A stretch of 64,000 nucleotides of DNA from Octopus vulgaris (taxonomy: Eukaryota), in the NCBI GenBank assembly GCA_951406725.2, contig OX597835.1, forward strand, positions 36,146,001-36,210,000, given 5' to 3'. Positions 42,115 through 55,729 of the stretch are shown one piece after another. The notes beneath the pieces are model-generated. The model saw only the letters and a list, made by a program, of their open reading frames with translations, was not told the DNA's origin and searched no databases. The translations under genes and the position numbers were made by a program. Position 1 is the first letter of the stretch, and the number at the start of each line of letters is the position of its first letter.

Positions 42115-42435
42115 ATATAGGCTAAGATGTAGGTAGAGAGTGAATGATAGATAAACTGATAGACTGACAGGCAGACAGGAGGGCAGACAGGCAGGCAGAC
42201 GGGCTGGCAGTCAGGCAGACAGACAGGCCTTCACTGATATTTGATATCTAGTATCAAATATCAATGTTATATAGTATATGTTATGTCCGCACGCAGACGC
42301 AGGCGCACGCGCAGGCACCATGCACACACATACGCACACATATAAGGACTTATGCTCACAAACACACACGCACGAGCGCGCCTGCACGCACACACACAAA
42401 CACACACACACATATATGTATATATGTATATATAT

Positions 42436-42515
<80 letters not shown>

Positions 42516-42784
42516 GTATATGTATATATACACATATATACACGTGTTTGTTTGAGCGTGGGTATATAAGTATGTGCATGTCTCTATATCTACTTGTTTT
42601 TGTATGTGTGTGTGTGAGGGTGAGTGTGTAGCCGTTGTGTTTGATTGTGTACACAAATAATCTTGAGGATTTTCTCATAGACATTACGATTCTTAAGCTT
42701 TCTTGATGTTCAGTCATATCAAAAGCGATCAAAAGCCACCATATTCTGCCCGTCAGCTAAATGACTGTGACTTCATATATGTAC

Positions 42785-42827
<43 letters not shown>

Positions 42828-42994
42828 TACAGACACACATATATATATATACATACATACATATATATATATATGTGTGTATATATATATACATATACAT
42901 ATACATACATACATGCATACATATATATATATACATATATATATACACACATATATATATACATATATATAATAGATGTATTATATATATATAC

Positions 42995-43080
<86 letters not shown>

Positions 43081-43712
43081 ATATACATATACATACATAC
43101 ATGCATACACCCACACACGCACATATATTTGAGCGGTAGTGTGTTTTCTGCTAGTCTGTGTGTTTGCATAACAGTAAATGTGTGTGTGCGCGCGCCTGTG
43201 GGTGTTTGGATGCGTCTAGGGGTGCTTGAGAATATGTTTACGTGTGTGTATTTTATGTGAGCTCATTGCGTTTTGTATGGGGCTGTGCCATGCCTTCCTT
43301 ATTATCGGGGAAGTATTTTGGTAAAGTCAATCTTCTCTCCATCCAGCCATCTGTTTGTCTGTCTGCCTATGTATGTATGTATCTATATATATATCTATCC
43401 ATCTCTTATATATACATATATTTTTAATAATATATTATTATTATTAATAAAGAAAATCAATATCCAAATTCATCATAACGATATACCCGTGTGAAAAACA
43501 TTACTGTATTAAAAATTAATATAAATAGATAAATATAAAAAAATAAATATAATTTATAAATCAAATTTGATAATTTAAAAAGTTTGAATTAATTATTTAA
43601 GCATATTAAATATATAAATACTTTTATAGTATTAATATTCTTATACAATGAAGCACTCAATATAAATTCAGTATAAGATATTCTTATTGAATATATTTAC
43701 TTAAACATCTAT

Positions 43713-43756
<44 letters not shown>

Positions 43757-43957
43757 CATATATATATCGATCTCCCTCTCTCACTTTTCCTATTTTCTCA
43801 CTTTCTTTTTCAATCGCTTTCTGTCTCTTTCTCGACACACACACATACATGTGTCTATCAGTCTATTTGTCTTTGCTTGTTTAGCTATCTATCTTCCAAT
43901 AAACAAGTGTGTATATGTATGTATGTGTATATGTGTGTGTGTTTGTGTGTCTGTGTT

Positions 43958-44009
<52 letters not shown>

Positions 44010-44280
44010 CATACATACATACATACATACATGCATACATACATACATACATACATACATACATACATACATACATACATACATAGACACATACACAAAA
44101 ATACAAGGTGACAAGACACACACACACACATACATATAAACAGCAGACAGCAAAATCGTCTTCAAGATACTCCGAATATTATTTCCCCACTTGCAACGAC
44201 TTAACGATTCCGGTAACAATAGTTCTTTACTTGAATATGGAATCATGAAATGTAAAATAAAAGCAAGTACCTCAGTTTTA

Positions 44281-44514
44281 TGTGTGTGTGCGTGTGTGTG
44301 TGTGTTTGTGTTTGTTCCCCCCCAACATCGCTTGACAACCGATGCTGGTGTGTTTATGTTCCCGTAACCCAGCGGTTCGGCAAAAGAGACCGATAGAGTA
44401 AGTACTAGGCTTACAAATAATAAGTCCTGGTGGCGATTTGCTCGACTAAAGGTGGTGCTCCAGCATGGCCGCAATCAAATGACTGAAACAAGTAAAATAG
44501 TAAAAGAGTAAAAG
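44281..44514 (+). mobile_element. SINE-B 3' half
   Basis: Homology to 24440-24660. Confidence 0.85.
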
Positions 44515-44520
44515 AGCAAG

Positions 44521-44557
<37 letters not shown>

Positions 44558-44594
44558 ATAATATATAATATATAATATAATATAATATAATATA

Positions 44595-44636
<42 letters not shown>

Positions 44637-44637
<1 letters not shown>

Positions 44638-44837
44638 CTCTTTTACTCTTTTACTTGTTTCAGTCATTTGACTGCGGCCATGCTGGAGCACCGCCTTAAA
44701 TCGACCCCGGGACTTATTCTTTGTAAGCCCAGTACTTATTCTATCGGTTTCTTTTGCCGAACCGCTAAGTGACGGGGACGTAAACACACCAGCATCGGTT
44801 GTCAAGCAATGCTAGGGGGACAAACACAGACACGCAA

Positions 44838-44900
<63 letters not shown>

Positions 44901-45072
44901 TACTATATATATATATATATACGACAGGCTTCTTTCAGTTTCCGTCTACCAAATCCACTCACAAGGCATTGGTCGACCCGGGGCTATAGCAGAAGACACT
45001 TGCCCAAGGTGCCACGCAGTGGGACTGAACTCGGAACCATGTGGTTGGTAAACAAGCTACTTACCACACAGC
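44637..45072 (-). mobile_element. SINE-B, tail-to-tail with the previous copy
   Basis: Homology to 16805-17228. Confidence 0.9.
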
Positions 45073-45078
45073 AACTAT

Positions 45079-45178
<100 letters not shown>

Positions 45179-45221
45179 TATATGTATGTATGTATGTATG
45201 TATATATATGCACACACTCAA

Positions 45222-45410
45222 CGTAGCGCTGAAAAGTTATTGGCTTTGGGTAAAAGTATATACAGGACGATAAGTGAATTATAATTTCATCCACCATATT
45301 CCCCTCTAGGACTCACATACTTCTTACAGCGCCCCCTCAATTTTCCGAATGGTTGGGCCTCCAGCCAGTCCTTTCACGATACCGTCAAAGCCAGGAACTT
45401 TTCAGCATGA
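45222..45410. mobile_element. Mariner-derived MITE
   Basis: TIRs GCTGAAAAGTTATTGGCTTT (45228-45247) and AAAGCCAGGAACTTTTCAGC (45387-45406); the TIR core GCTGAAAAGTT is shared with the mariner at 60536. Confidence 0.65.
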
Positions 45411-45424
45411 TTGATCGCTAAATC

Positions 45425-45593
45425 CACGGTTTTTTTTTTATTCTCTCTCTGTTTATGTCCTCATATTACTTTCTGTTGAAGAGCTTTGGCTCGAAACATG
45501 AAAGACTTTCTCACTTTCCCGATCGTCAAACTAATACACCTGCTTGTAGTTCATACACATGTTTTCTTTTGTTTTTCTGTAAATTTCAATTAT
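45425..45593 (+). mobile_element. Penelope-like terminus (family P1) with minimal hammerhead variant
   Basis: CTTT-CTGTTGA-A-GAGC(TTTG)GCTC-GAAACATG-AAAG at 45469-45504; ends at (CA)n. Confidence 0.65.
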
Positions 45594-45603
45594 ACACACA
45601 CAT

Positions 45604-45682
<79 letters not shown>

Positions 45683-45689
45683 CAGACAT

Positions 45690-45877
45690 ATAGGGAGATT
45701 TTACGAATAAAACAAAAGACGAAGACAGGTGCTGTACAAAACAAACAGATTTATTAGTATAACGCTTTATAATAGAAAACTTCTTTTACACGTTTCGAGC
45801 CTACGCTCTTCTACAGAAAAGGACACAGAAAAAAAAAACAAGGAGTGTAAAAAAATGCGTGTAGTGGCTAACGATCT
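45690..45877 (-). mobile_element. Penelope-like terminus P1, inverted relative to the previous copy
   Basis: Minus strand CTGTAGA-A-GAGC(GTAG)GCTC-GAAACGT at 45790-45816. Confidence 0.65.
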
Positions 45878-46594
45878 TACATGGCAACTGATATACACAC
45901 ATATATATATACGTATACGCACTTACAGACTCATATATACATTTATGTATGCATGTGAATGCATATGTGTATTATCAGATTGATAACCAGATACAAACGT
46001 GTGTATGTGTGACTGTGTTTTGTGTGTGTGTTTGTGAGTGTGAGTGTGTTTGTGTGTGTGTGTCTGAGCATACATGTAAGTGTATGTCTGTGTAGTTGTG
46101 TGTGTATGTGTGTATCTGTTGGTGTGTGCGTGGGTGCGAGCAGTTATGTCTGTGTATGTGCGTGTGTGTATGTATTTCTGCATGTGTTTGTCTCTGTGTG
46201 TGTGTATGTGTGTGTGTGTGTGTGTTTTCGTGTAGACGCAAATATAAATACACGCATTTCCATGAAGAAATAGATCGACCTACGCATCCATAGTTTGGGC
46301 TTAAACTCTTGCAATTCCAACTTATAAATCGATTATTGGTCAGTGCCGAAGGGCGTGGTGTGTGAGTGCGATTTGTGTGTGTGTACGTGTGTGACGCTCT
46401 TCCAATTCCCTGTTTGCAGGAATATTTTTCCAATAAGAAGCACCGAAGTGACAAGATTTATCGAATCACGATTCGTTGAACTTGAAAATTAATGCAAATT
46501 CAATAAAGATTTAAAAACCAAACTCGCCAACTACACAGACATAAACACATGAAAAGATATGTGCGTTTACATATATATATATATTTACATTAGA

Positions 46595-46633
<39 letters not shown>

Positions 46634-46818
46634 TCCGAGTATTCTTATATGCATATACTTATTTATACATACATAATAATATATATGTCTATAATTATGT
46701 TCACATCTATACATGTTTTATATAAATGATAAATATAAGTATATATGTATATATATATGCATATACGTACATATATACATATATATATGTGCTTGTATAT
46801 ATGTATAGATATATGTAC

Positions 46819-46851
<33 letters not shown>

Positions 46852-46973
46852 TAAATGTATGTATATGAATATATATATATATATATGCATTAATAATTAC
46901 ATTTACACATGATGTATATATTTTACCTGTATATAAGTATTTTTAATGTAAGTTACATCTAATGTTTAACATG

Positions 46974-47036
<63 letters not shown>

Positions 47037-47216
47037 GCATGTATGTATGCATGCATAAACCTACAAATGTATATTTGTATGTTTATATGTATGTATTTTG
47101 CATGTATAGGCAGATTGATATAAGATAGTTTATTTAAGCAAGTATATACTATATATATTTCTTATATATAATATACTATATACATATGTGTGTTTTTTAA
47201 AATGTAATTTACATAC

Positions 47217-47262
<46 letters not shown>

Positions 47263-47357
47263 GCATACATACATAAATATATTTAAGTATATATACAAGA
47301 TAAGAAAATGGAGAAATACATCTAAATCTAATATCAATTACCAGATAAATGTATATA

Positions 47358-47408
<51 letters not shown>

Positions 47409-47707
47409 CTTAAATTATTTGTATGTAATGTTTGAAACACCACACACACACACACACCTATAAATAGATGTCTTCGTGTGTGTTCATGTATTTGTGGTGG
47501 TTTAATATTTTAAGGATATAGTATTTATATAATTTAAAAATCATCCTACTACAAAATGTCTGTACTTTAATTTGAGCTTTCTTTCCAATGCCGTTGGATG
47601 CATTTCAAAAAGGTCTCACCATTAGAACAGTACGAGTCGGATGCAAAATCGATTTAATCCCCAGTTTAATCCTGTCCTCCTGTTGTGCAAATTTCGTAAC
47701 CTTTAAT

Positions 47708-48363
47708 GCCGTTGTTCCCAACCATTTTTTTTTTTTGGCCTATAACAACTCTTTGATTCCAATTTTCCCTACTGGACCCTCATAGACTTTCGACGTTCAA
47801 AAGACCTATCACATTTTTATAATTAAATATTATTAGGAACTGTATAAAAACCTCATTAAAATATCTTGTGATTTATGAAAGTAATTGCCAATTTATTTGA
47901 AATGGCTTTGTTTTACGAGGCTTAATGTTTCAGGTATTTGACTCACAATCGTAAGGTCATGGGTTCGATTCCCGGTAGCGCGTTTTGTCATTGAGCAACA
48001 TACTTTATTTCACATTGCTCCAGTTCACTCACCTGTCAAATACGAGTAATACCTGTATTCCAACTAGCCGACCATGTCATATCTTGTGTCACCCTGGATC
48101 TCCCTGAGAACTACAATGAGAGTAAACGTGTTTGCGGAACGCTCAGCCACTTGCATGTTCATTTTACGAAGGTTATTCCATTAATCGGATCAACTGGAAC
48201 CCTCGTCGTCGTAACCGACTGAGTACCAAGATTTTACATAAACTTCATCGCCCCGCAAGGGACATGCAATCCTAAGGGTCTGGCACTCCCGAGGGTCATG
48301 CACCCCAAAGGGTCATGCTCCCCAAACCCCTCCAGAATCATGTGGACTTTGGGTTGAGAACCA
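47708..48363. mobile_element. Possible decayed hAT-type non-autonomous element containing a SINE-D
   Basis: GTTCCCAACC (~47715) and GGTTGAGAACC (~48352) resemble Charlie-type TIRs. Confidence 0.35.
47915..48227 (+). mobile_element. SINE-D
   Basis: CTCACAATCGTAAGGTC..GGTTCGATTCCCGG...CTCGTCGTCGTAACCGAC. Confidence 0.8.
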
Positions 48364-48454
48364 GATTTTCTGAGTGTAATAAGCCATCATTTCTGTATAA
48401 CATCAGGTCAGAATAAGGTAAATAAAATAACGTAGAACTGTTTCTTGTTCTGTC

Positions 48455-48725
48455 ATACGTGGCTTTGTGGTTATGAAGGTCGCTTTGCAACCATGGGATT
48501 TTGGGTTCAATCATACTGCACGGAGCCTTGCCTTGGGTAAGTATTTCTTGCAATATCCCCCAGCTGACTAAAGATTTCTAAGTGAAATTTCGTAGAGGGA
48601 CTTATGCTGAAGAACATCATATATATGTGTGTATGTGTGTGTTTGTGTGTTTGGAGCAAACCGTTTTACTACCATTGCTGATTTTTTTACGTCCCTGTAA
48701 CTTAACGGTTTGGTACAAACAGAGA
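48455..48725 (+). mobile_element. Degraded SINE-B
   Basis: GTGGCTTTGTGGTTA..CCTTGGGTAAGT..TTACGTCCCTGTAACTTAACGG. Confidence 0.6.
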
Positions 48726-48921
48726 GAACTTATTTTATTCATCCTTAAGGGATCAAAAAGCAATTCCCATTCTGAAATCAGATATTGGTTTCTTATTTCA
48801 GAGGGAATCAAAAGAATACAAGCCAAATGCTGGCGCACTTACTTTCTCGAATTTCGTAACCTGAAAGCAGATGTTAAATATACTATACATACATACATAC
48901 ATACATACATACATACATACA

Positions 48922-48966
<45 letters not shown>

Positions 48967-48967
<1 letters not shown>

Positions 48968-49920
48968 AAATTATGATTTATGGCATCAAAGAGATACCAC
49001 CACGCTGAAAATAGCAGTCAAATCCTTACTACAAAGCCACATTAAATGTTCATATAGCACTAGAAGAGAATACAGAGAGACAAAATAAACCATCAAAAAA
49101 ATTTACTGGATAATTCCAGATCCTGGATTTCTGGCTTTGCATAAGAGATGCTCTGCCTTCATCAGTGGAATATACTCGGATAGCACATAAATACAAATAT
49201 ACATACATACAACATACGATATACTTACATATACGAACGTCTATACATACATATATATCCACGTATGTTCACGACCAGTTTAAATTGCCCGCCTAAAAGC
49301 TCCTCGTGCAATATGGTCAGAATAAATACCGCAGTGAATACAATGACGAAATATATAAATTTATATGAATAAGGATAAGATCGATATTTAAATATCGATC
49401 TTATCAAGTGGCCAGTATGGGAATAAAAACCTTTCAAAGGTAATAATTATTTAAAATTATAATTTAGGGTATCTGAGAGATACCAGCACGATGAAAATAG
49501 CAGTCAAAACCTTTTTGCTAGTTTATTTTGTCTCTCTATCTTCTCTCCTAGTGCTACATGAACATTTAATGTGGCTTTGGAGTCAAGTTTTTTTTTTTTT
49601 TTTGAGACTCAAGACTTTTCATACAACCTTCGTATATATTCCATGGAGTAACAAGTTACGTCCGGCTCCTTGGAATAAAGTACTCAAAAATGTGTCTGAA
49701 ATTGAATAAAGTATTAATTCCATAATCGTTAATCCGATAAAAACGTTAGTTCTTGAAGGATCAGAGGTGAAACAATATATATTTGACGAGATAACGTCTA
49801 TGGATTAAATATCTTACGTTTACGTTCTTACTTTGCTTTCAAACAAGAAAGCAACGATCATGGAACCCACTTTTTTTCCTTCGCAAACTATTCTGGTATT
49901 GTTTGGGATTTGTAGACAAA
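48967..49920. mobile_element. Rearranged Penelope-like remnant with direct and inverted terminal copies
   Basis: Direct repeat 48967-49022 / 49456-49508; inverted repeat 49027-49090 / 49519-49583; intact hammerhead; weak RT-like residues (TFVYIPW; ATIMEPT..PSQTILV) at 49600-49915. Confidence 0.55.
49114..49170 (-). ncRNA. Intact type I hammerhead ribozyme
   Basis: TTCCA-CTGATGA-A-GGC..GCAT(CTCTT)ATGC..GCC-A-GAAA-TCC(A)GGA-TC-TGGAA; AUC triplet, predicted cut between 49119 and 49118. Confidence 0.8.
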
Positions 49921-49932
49921 TTCAGCAATATA

Positions 49933-50044
49933 TAGATAGATAGATAGATAGATAGATAGGTAGGTAGGTAGGTAGGTAGGTAGGTAGGTAGGTAGGTAGG
50001 TAGGTAGGCAGGCAGTTAGGTAGGTAGGTAGGTAGGTAGGTAGG

Positions 50045-50119
<75 letters not shown>

Positions 50120-50170
50120 GTAGGTAGGTAGGTAGGTAGGTAGGTAGGTAGGTAGATCGGTAGATAGATA
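49933..50170. repeat. (GATA)n/(GGTA)n microsatellite
   Basis: Direct reading. Confidence 0.97.
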
Positions 50171-50914
50171 TGTTTCTTTATTAGCCACACAGGGCTGTAC
50201 ACAGATAGAACAAATTACAAGGTAGAGCTTTTCTTTTGAAGGTAAAAAAAAAAAAAAGAAAAGGAAGGGGGAGTTTCGATCAAAAGGGATCGTAAAAGGA
50301 GAGAAAGAGGACAAAAAAAAGGGGGTTAAAAAAAAGGGGGAGAGGAAAAAAAAAAATTGATCAATAGGGATCGTTATCACAGAAATGTCAATATGAAGTG
50401 TAAAGGGGAGGACAGGTGCGGTTTACCCGTGGAAAGAAAAGCCTACGGAAAAGACCACGGTAACCTCGGTCAATGGAGTCACATGTTATATTTCTTTTTT
50501 TTTTTGCATATAAGCAACTCTCTGTTTTCAATTTCTGGGTTCATAGGATCATGCTCAAGGTGGCTTCGTCCTTCATACGTGCCATTCTTGCTACATTCAC
50601 CCATCTTTTTTTAAACATTCGCTAGACAAAACTTGCCTCTCTACTCTCACTTTCCTTTTCAAGTGGTACTTGAAGAAGTTGATGAGAGATTGACCAGAGA
50701 GGAAAGTGTTTGTCTCCAATCCTTTCAGACGCGTCCACCAGATACATTCTTTCGCCATAGCCACAAGGATGATGAAAATAGCTCTTCCTTCCCGTTCGAA
50801 GGAAGGAGGCGTGACAATATTGACGATAGACTCAGCTGATAAACCGACTCGTCCCACACGTGACAGCAGTCGTTCGACACAAACCCACAGGTTGGAAATT
50901 GTTGGACACTGCAA
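50171..50914 (-). mobile_element. 5'-truncated Tx1/L1-clade LINE (ORF2 C-terminus and 3' UTR) inserted in (GATA)n
   Basis: QCPTISNLW...AMAKECIWWTR resembles the L1/Tx1 post-zinc-finger CPxxxxxW...AKxxIWxxR pattern; AATAAA at the 3' end; (GATA)n on both sides. Confidence 0.72.
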
Positions 50915-51033
<119 letters not shown>

Positions 51034-51052
51034 TGTATTCTTGTAAATAAAT

Positions 51053-51235
51053 ATATAATTCAAATTTACAGTAAACGAAAAGGAAGACAGGTTAGGGATC
51101 AACAAGTAGGTGAATTTGTCTAACGCCCCGAAAGAATGGAGGAGTCTCTGTTGTTTCGAGCCTACGCTCTTCGTCAGAAAGTATTAAGAGGGGAAAATGT
51201 AGAGAACGAAAACAAACGGAGCGAGAAAAAAATGT
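51053..51235 (-). mobile_element. Penelope-like terminus P1 with canonical hammerhead core
   Basis: Minus strand CTGACGA-A-GAGC(GTAG)GCTC-GAAAC at 51153-51177; cleavage triplet mutated. Confidence 0.65.
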
Positions 51236-51252
51236 ATTGTGATTGTGTGTGA

Positions 51253-51317
<65 letters not shown>

Positions 51318-51754
51318 TGCTTGCGTGTGAGAGAATGCGTAATTTTTGGGACTAATAGATGCTTTTCAATTAGTGTGTTGATGTGTTGAGTAAAGCTCTA
51401 GCACAGGTTTGGGCTACCTGGTGTCATCCGCAGTTGGGGGTATATTTCTGTCGGACCTACTTCAGGAATTCCGCAGGGTTAATTGAGATAATAATCGATT
51501 AAGGAAACAGAAGATGGATTTGGTATTAGCCTTTATTCCGTACGACAATCGTTTCGATCCATCCTAGACTGTCACTTATGGGTGGTATGTTGTACACCAT
51601 ATAGTGTTGCATCAATTTTTCGCTCTGGTCACGTCAAGTACACGCATACATAAAGTGGTGACCCACTAAAGATATTGAGTTCAGGCAGCCATGTTGGTAT
51701 TCACGCGCTTCATGAGGAAATGGGGTTTTACTGCAACTGCCCGTATCTCTTTTT

Positions 51755-52222
51755 CTCTATTACTCTTTTACTTGTGTCAGTCATTTGACTGCGGCCAGGT
51801 TGGAACACCGCCTTTAGTCGAGCAAATCGATCTCAAGACTTATTCTTTGTAAGCCTTGTACTTAATCTATCGGTTTCTCTTTTGCCGAACCGCTAAGTTA
51901 CGGAGACGTAAACACCAGCATCGGTTGTCAAGCGATGTTGGAGGGACAAACACAGACACACATCATATACACACACATACATACATATATATATATATGT
52001 GTGTGTGTGTGTGCGTGTGTGTGTGTGAGTGTGTATGTATATATATATATATATATATATACGACTGGCTTCTTTCAGTTTCCATCTACCAAATCCACTC
52101 ACAAGGCTTTAGTCGGCCCGAGGCTATAGTAGAAGACACTTGCCCAAGGTGCTACGCAGTGGGACTGAACCCGGAACCATGTGGTTCGTAAGCAAGCTAC
52201 TTACCACACAGCCACTCTTGCG
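51755..52222 (-). mobile_element. SINE-B
   Basis: Homology to other SINE-B copies. Confidence 0.88.
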
Positions 52223-52536
52223 TATATTAAATATTCATAACAAATCATTTTAAATATTTGTAAATATAAACGTATAAACTGAAGAAAAAGAAAGGTAATA
52301 TACAAGAGAAAGAATATGGGAAAGAAATATAGAGAAGGCGAGACCTGTCAAAGAAGGATTAGATCGCATTAAATTTAAAGAGAAAGTGGTATACTACACT
52401 TTGCTAACACCTAGAAAGAACAGTCGCAGGATGGGCCGAAACGATTCTCGTACGGGATAAAGACTAATACCTAATACTAAATTATATATATGCATGCATG
52501 TATGTATGTATGTATGCATGTATGTATGTATGTATG

Positions 52537-52570
<34 letters not shown>

Positions 52571-52580
52571 TGTATATATT

Positions 52581-52771
52581 AGCCATGCTGGACCGCTGAA
52601 ATCTATAAGTTTTTTCATTGTCTCATTGTTTATTTTCTCTTATTCCGTTCTGTTGAAGAGCGTAGGCTCGAAACCTAAAGGATTTCTTCATTTTCCCGAA
52701 CGCCAAATTCATACACTTGCTTGTTATTCATACACCTGTCTTCGTCTTTTGTGTTTCTATAAATTTCAACT

Positions 52772-52774
<3 letters not shown>
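52581..52774 (+). mobile_element. Penelope-like terminus P1
   Basis: CTGTTGA-A-GAGC(GTAG)GCTC-GAAACCTA at 52650-52677; the 3' end TAAATTTCAACTA abuts (TACA)n. Confidence 0.65.
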
Positions 52775-52842
<68 letters not shown>

Positions 52843-53216
52843 CACACACACATATATGTACATATATATATCTACATATACGCATATATACACACAGACG
52901 CTCATACACACACACACACACGCACGTACGCACACACATATATATATATATAGAGAGAGAGAGAGGGGTTAAGATAGTGTACGACAGAAAGTGACAAAAA
53001 GAGAGGAAGTTGTACACGCAGATACATATAGATAAGTGCGCATGTTTGTATGCGTGCGTGCGTGTGTGCATGTATATACGGAGAGACGTAACTCTATATT
53101 TAATAGAGATCTAGCGGTGTGTCTTCGAAGGTGAGTCATTTAAACACCACGAAAAATAGTATACATTGCAACCTAATGGGCCAGTGAACTCAAAACAAAT
53201 CTTATATATATGCGTG

Positions 53217-53286
<70 letters not shown>

Positions 53287-53418
53287 TATATATATGTGTG
53301 TGTGTGCAGATATATATATATATATATATACATATGTGTGTGTGTGTATGTGTGTTTATGATATATATACATATATATGTATATATGTAAATATATGTAT
53401 GCGTATATACATGTATGT

Positions 53419-53468
<50 letters not shown>

Positions 53469-54579
53469 ACATAAACGTATATATATATGTGTGTGTGCAT
53501 ATAAGTCTATATATATACAAATATACATATATATATGTATATATATGTATCAATATATATATGTATATCCAACAACATACACACACAAGTACACACATAC
53601 ATTTTGCTGTGTGCGGACACGAATGTATTTGTGTGTGTATTTATGTATTCATATACATAATGTATATCTGAATGTGTGTATGCATATACACACACACACA
53701 CACAGACAGAGACAGATCGAAATATTGTGGATACTTATATATATAAGTATATACAACTCAAACACGCATGCTTACACACAAAGACGCTTATAAACATATA
53801 TATGTGTAGGCGTGTTCGCATAACCTATGAACAGACTTTTACACATATAAATAATCACTCACACACACACACGTGCACAGAAACACAGTCACATATACAT
53901 CCGCACACAACAAGCGAACAAACACACACTCTTCTGTAATTTCATGCTTCTTAGCAAAGCTAATAACTTGAATTTTTACTGTTTCAAGAAGTTGCCAATA
54001 TCTAGAGGTAACATTGTCAATTTATCTGTCAAGAGAATACAATTTGGATATCGAAACTTTCACACTCAAACACACACACTCACACGCACACACACACACA
54101 CACACACACAAACATACACACACACACATTTAATATATATATATATATATATATACATACATATATTTATCACAAGTGAGATAGATTGATTCATGCTTAT
54201 ACATATCATATACACAGAGAAAGATAATTCTTCTTTTGGAATTGGATCTCGAAGTACGTATGAAGCCATAAATAATACCAAGCAAATATTGGGTTGCAAC
54301 ACACTTTGGATAGAAAATGCCCCCCCCCCCCCATGTGTTTATGTATACAAACATACATACGCTATGCTGCCCGTTGACTCACACCGTCACGCGCACATCA
54401 TTTACACAAGCACAAACACACACATACACACAGGTACTAGCCCCCTCCACCACACTCACACACATACACACACCTATACTGACCATCTTCGCATACTTCT
54501 GTGCCCCCCAAAACCACTTTCTCTACCTCTTCCTACTTCCGGTTACTTCAGCAACGTAACCACACGCGTGCTGTTGGCG

Positions 54580-54720
54580 ATTTCTTATCTTTCTTTGGAC
54601 TTATCCCTTACTCCTTTCCGACGAAAGATTATGTCCGAAACGTCAAACTCTCTCTTTTCACCGAGAGTCAAGCTAATACTTTCCTTGTGCATGTCCTCTC
54701 CTTGTCTATAAATTTCATCA
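54580..54720 (+). mobile_element. Older P1-related terminus with degenerate hammerhead
   Basis: TTT-CCGACGA-A-AGA(TTATG)TCC-GAAACGTC-AAA at 54615-54647. Confidence 0.5.
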
Positions 54721-54789
54721 TTCGTTTTTTCCTAATTGATCGTTTATTTGAATTGAATATATCTACATCTATATTCATATATAAATATA

Positions 54790-55324
<535 letters not shown>

Positions 55325-55670
55325 GAGAGCCAGTTGGCTTGCCATGACGCCAAAACATGTACCGAAAGTCATAGAAATCAAACATCCAGTCAACATCATG
55401 GTATTTGGAGCGATCACTAGTGATGGCAATGTTAAACCTCCACTCATCTTCCCACACGGTCTCAGACTTAACACGGAGGCCTACATGCAGTGCCTGGAGG
55501 AGGTAGTGCTGCCCTGAGTCAAGAGGGTGGCTACTTGAAGACCACATCACCTCTAACATCTGGTCACCTAACTCCTCTCCAGACTGCGACCTCCCTTGAT
55601 TATTATGAGCGAGAGACCAGCAAAACTCCTTGTAGCACCAAAGATGAACTGAAGGTATGGATTATGGCGG
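55325..55670 (+). pseudogene. Tc1/mariner-superfamily transposase fragment
   Basis: KHPVNIMVFGAITSDGNVKPPLIFPHGLRLNTEAYMQCLEEVVLP*; a WSPNSSPD-like motif; TSKTPCSTKDELK. Confidence 0.78.
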
Positions 55671-55729
55671 CAGATTGGTTCGTACGATGTCAGCTCAGTT
55701 TTCCACCCCACCATAATTCTCTTCAGAAT

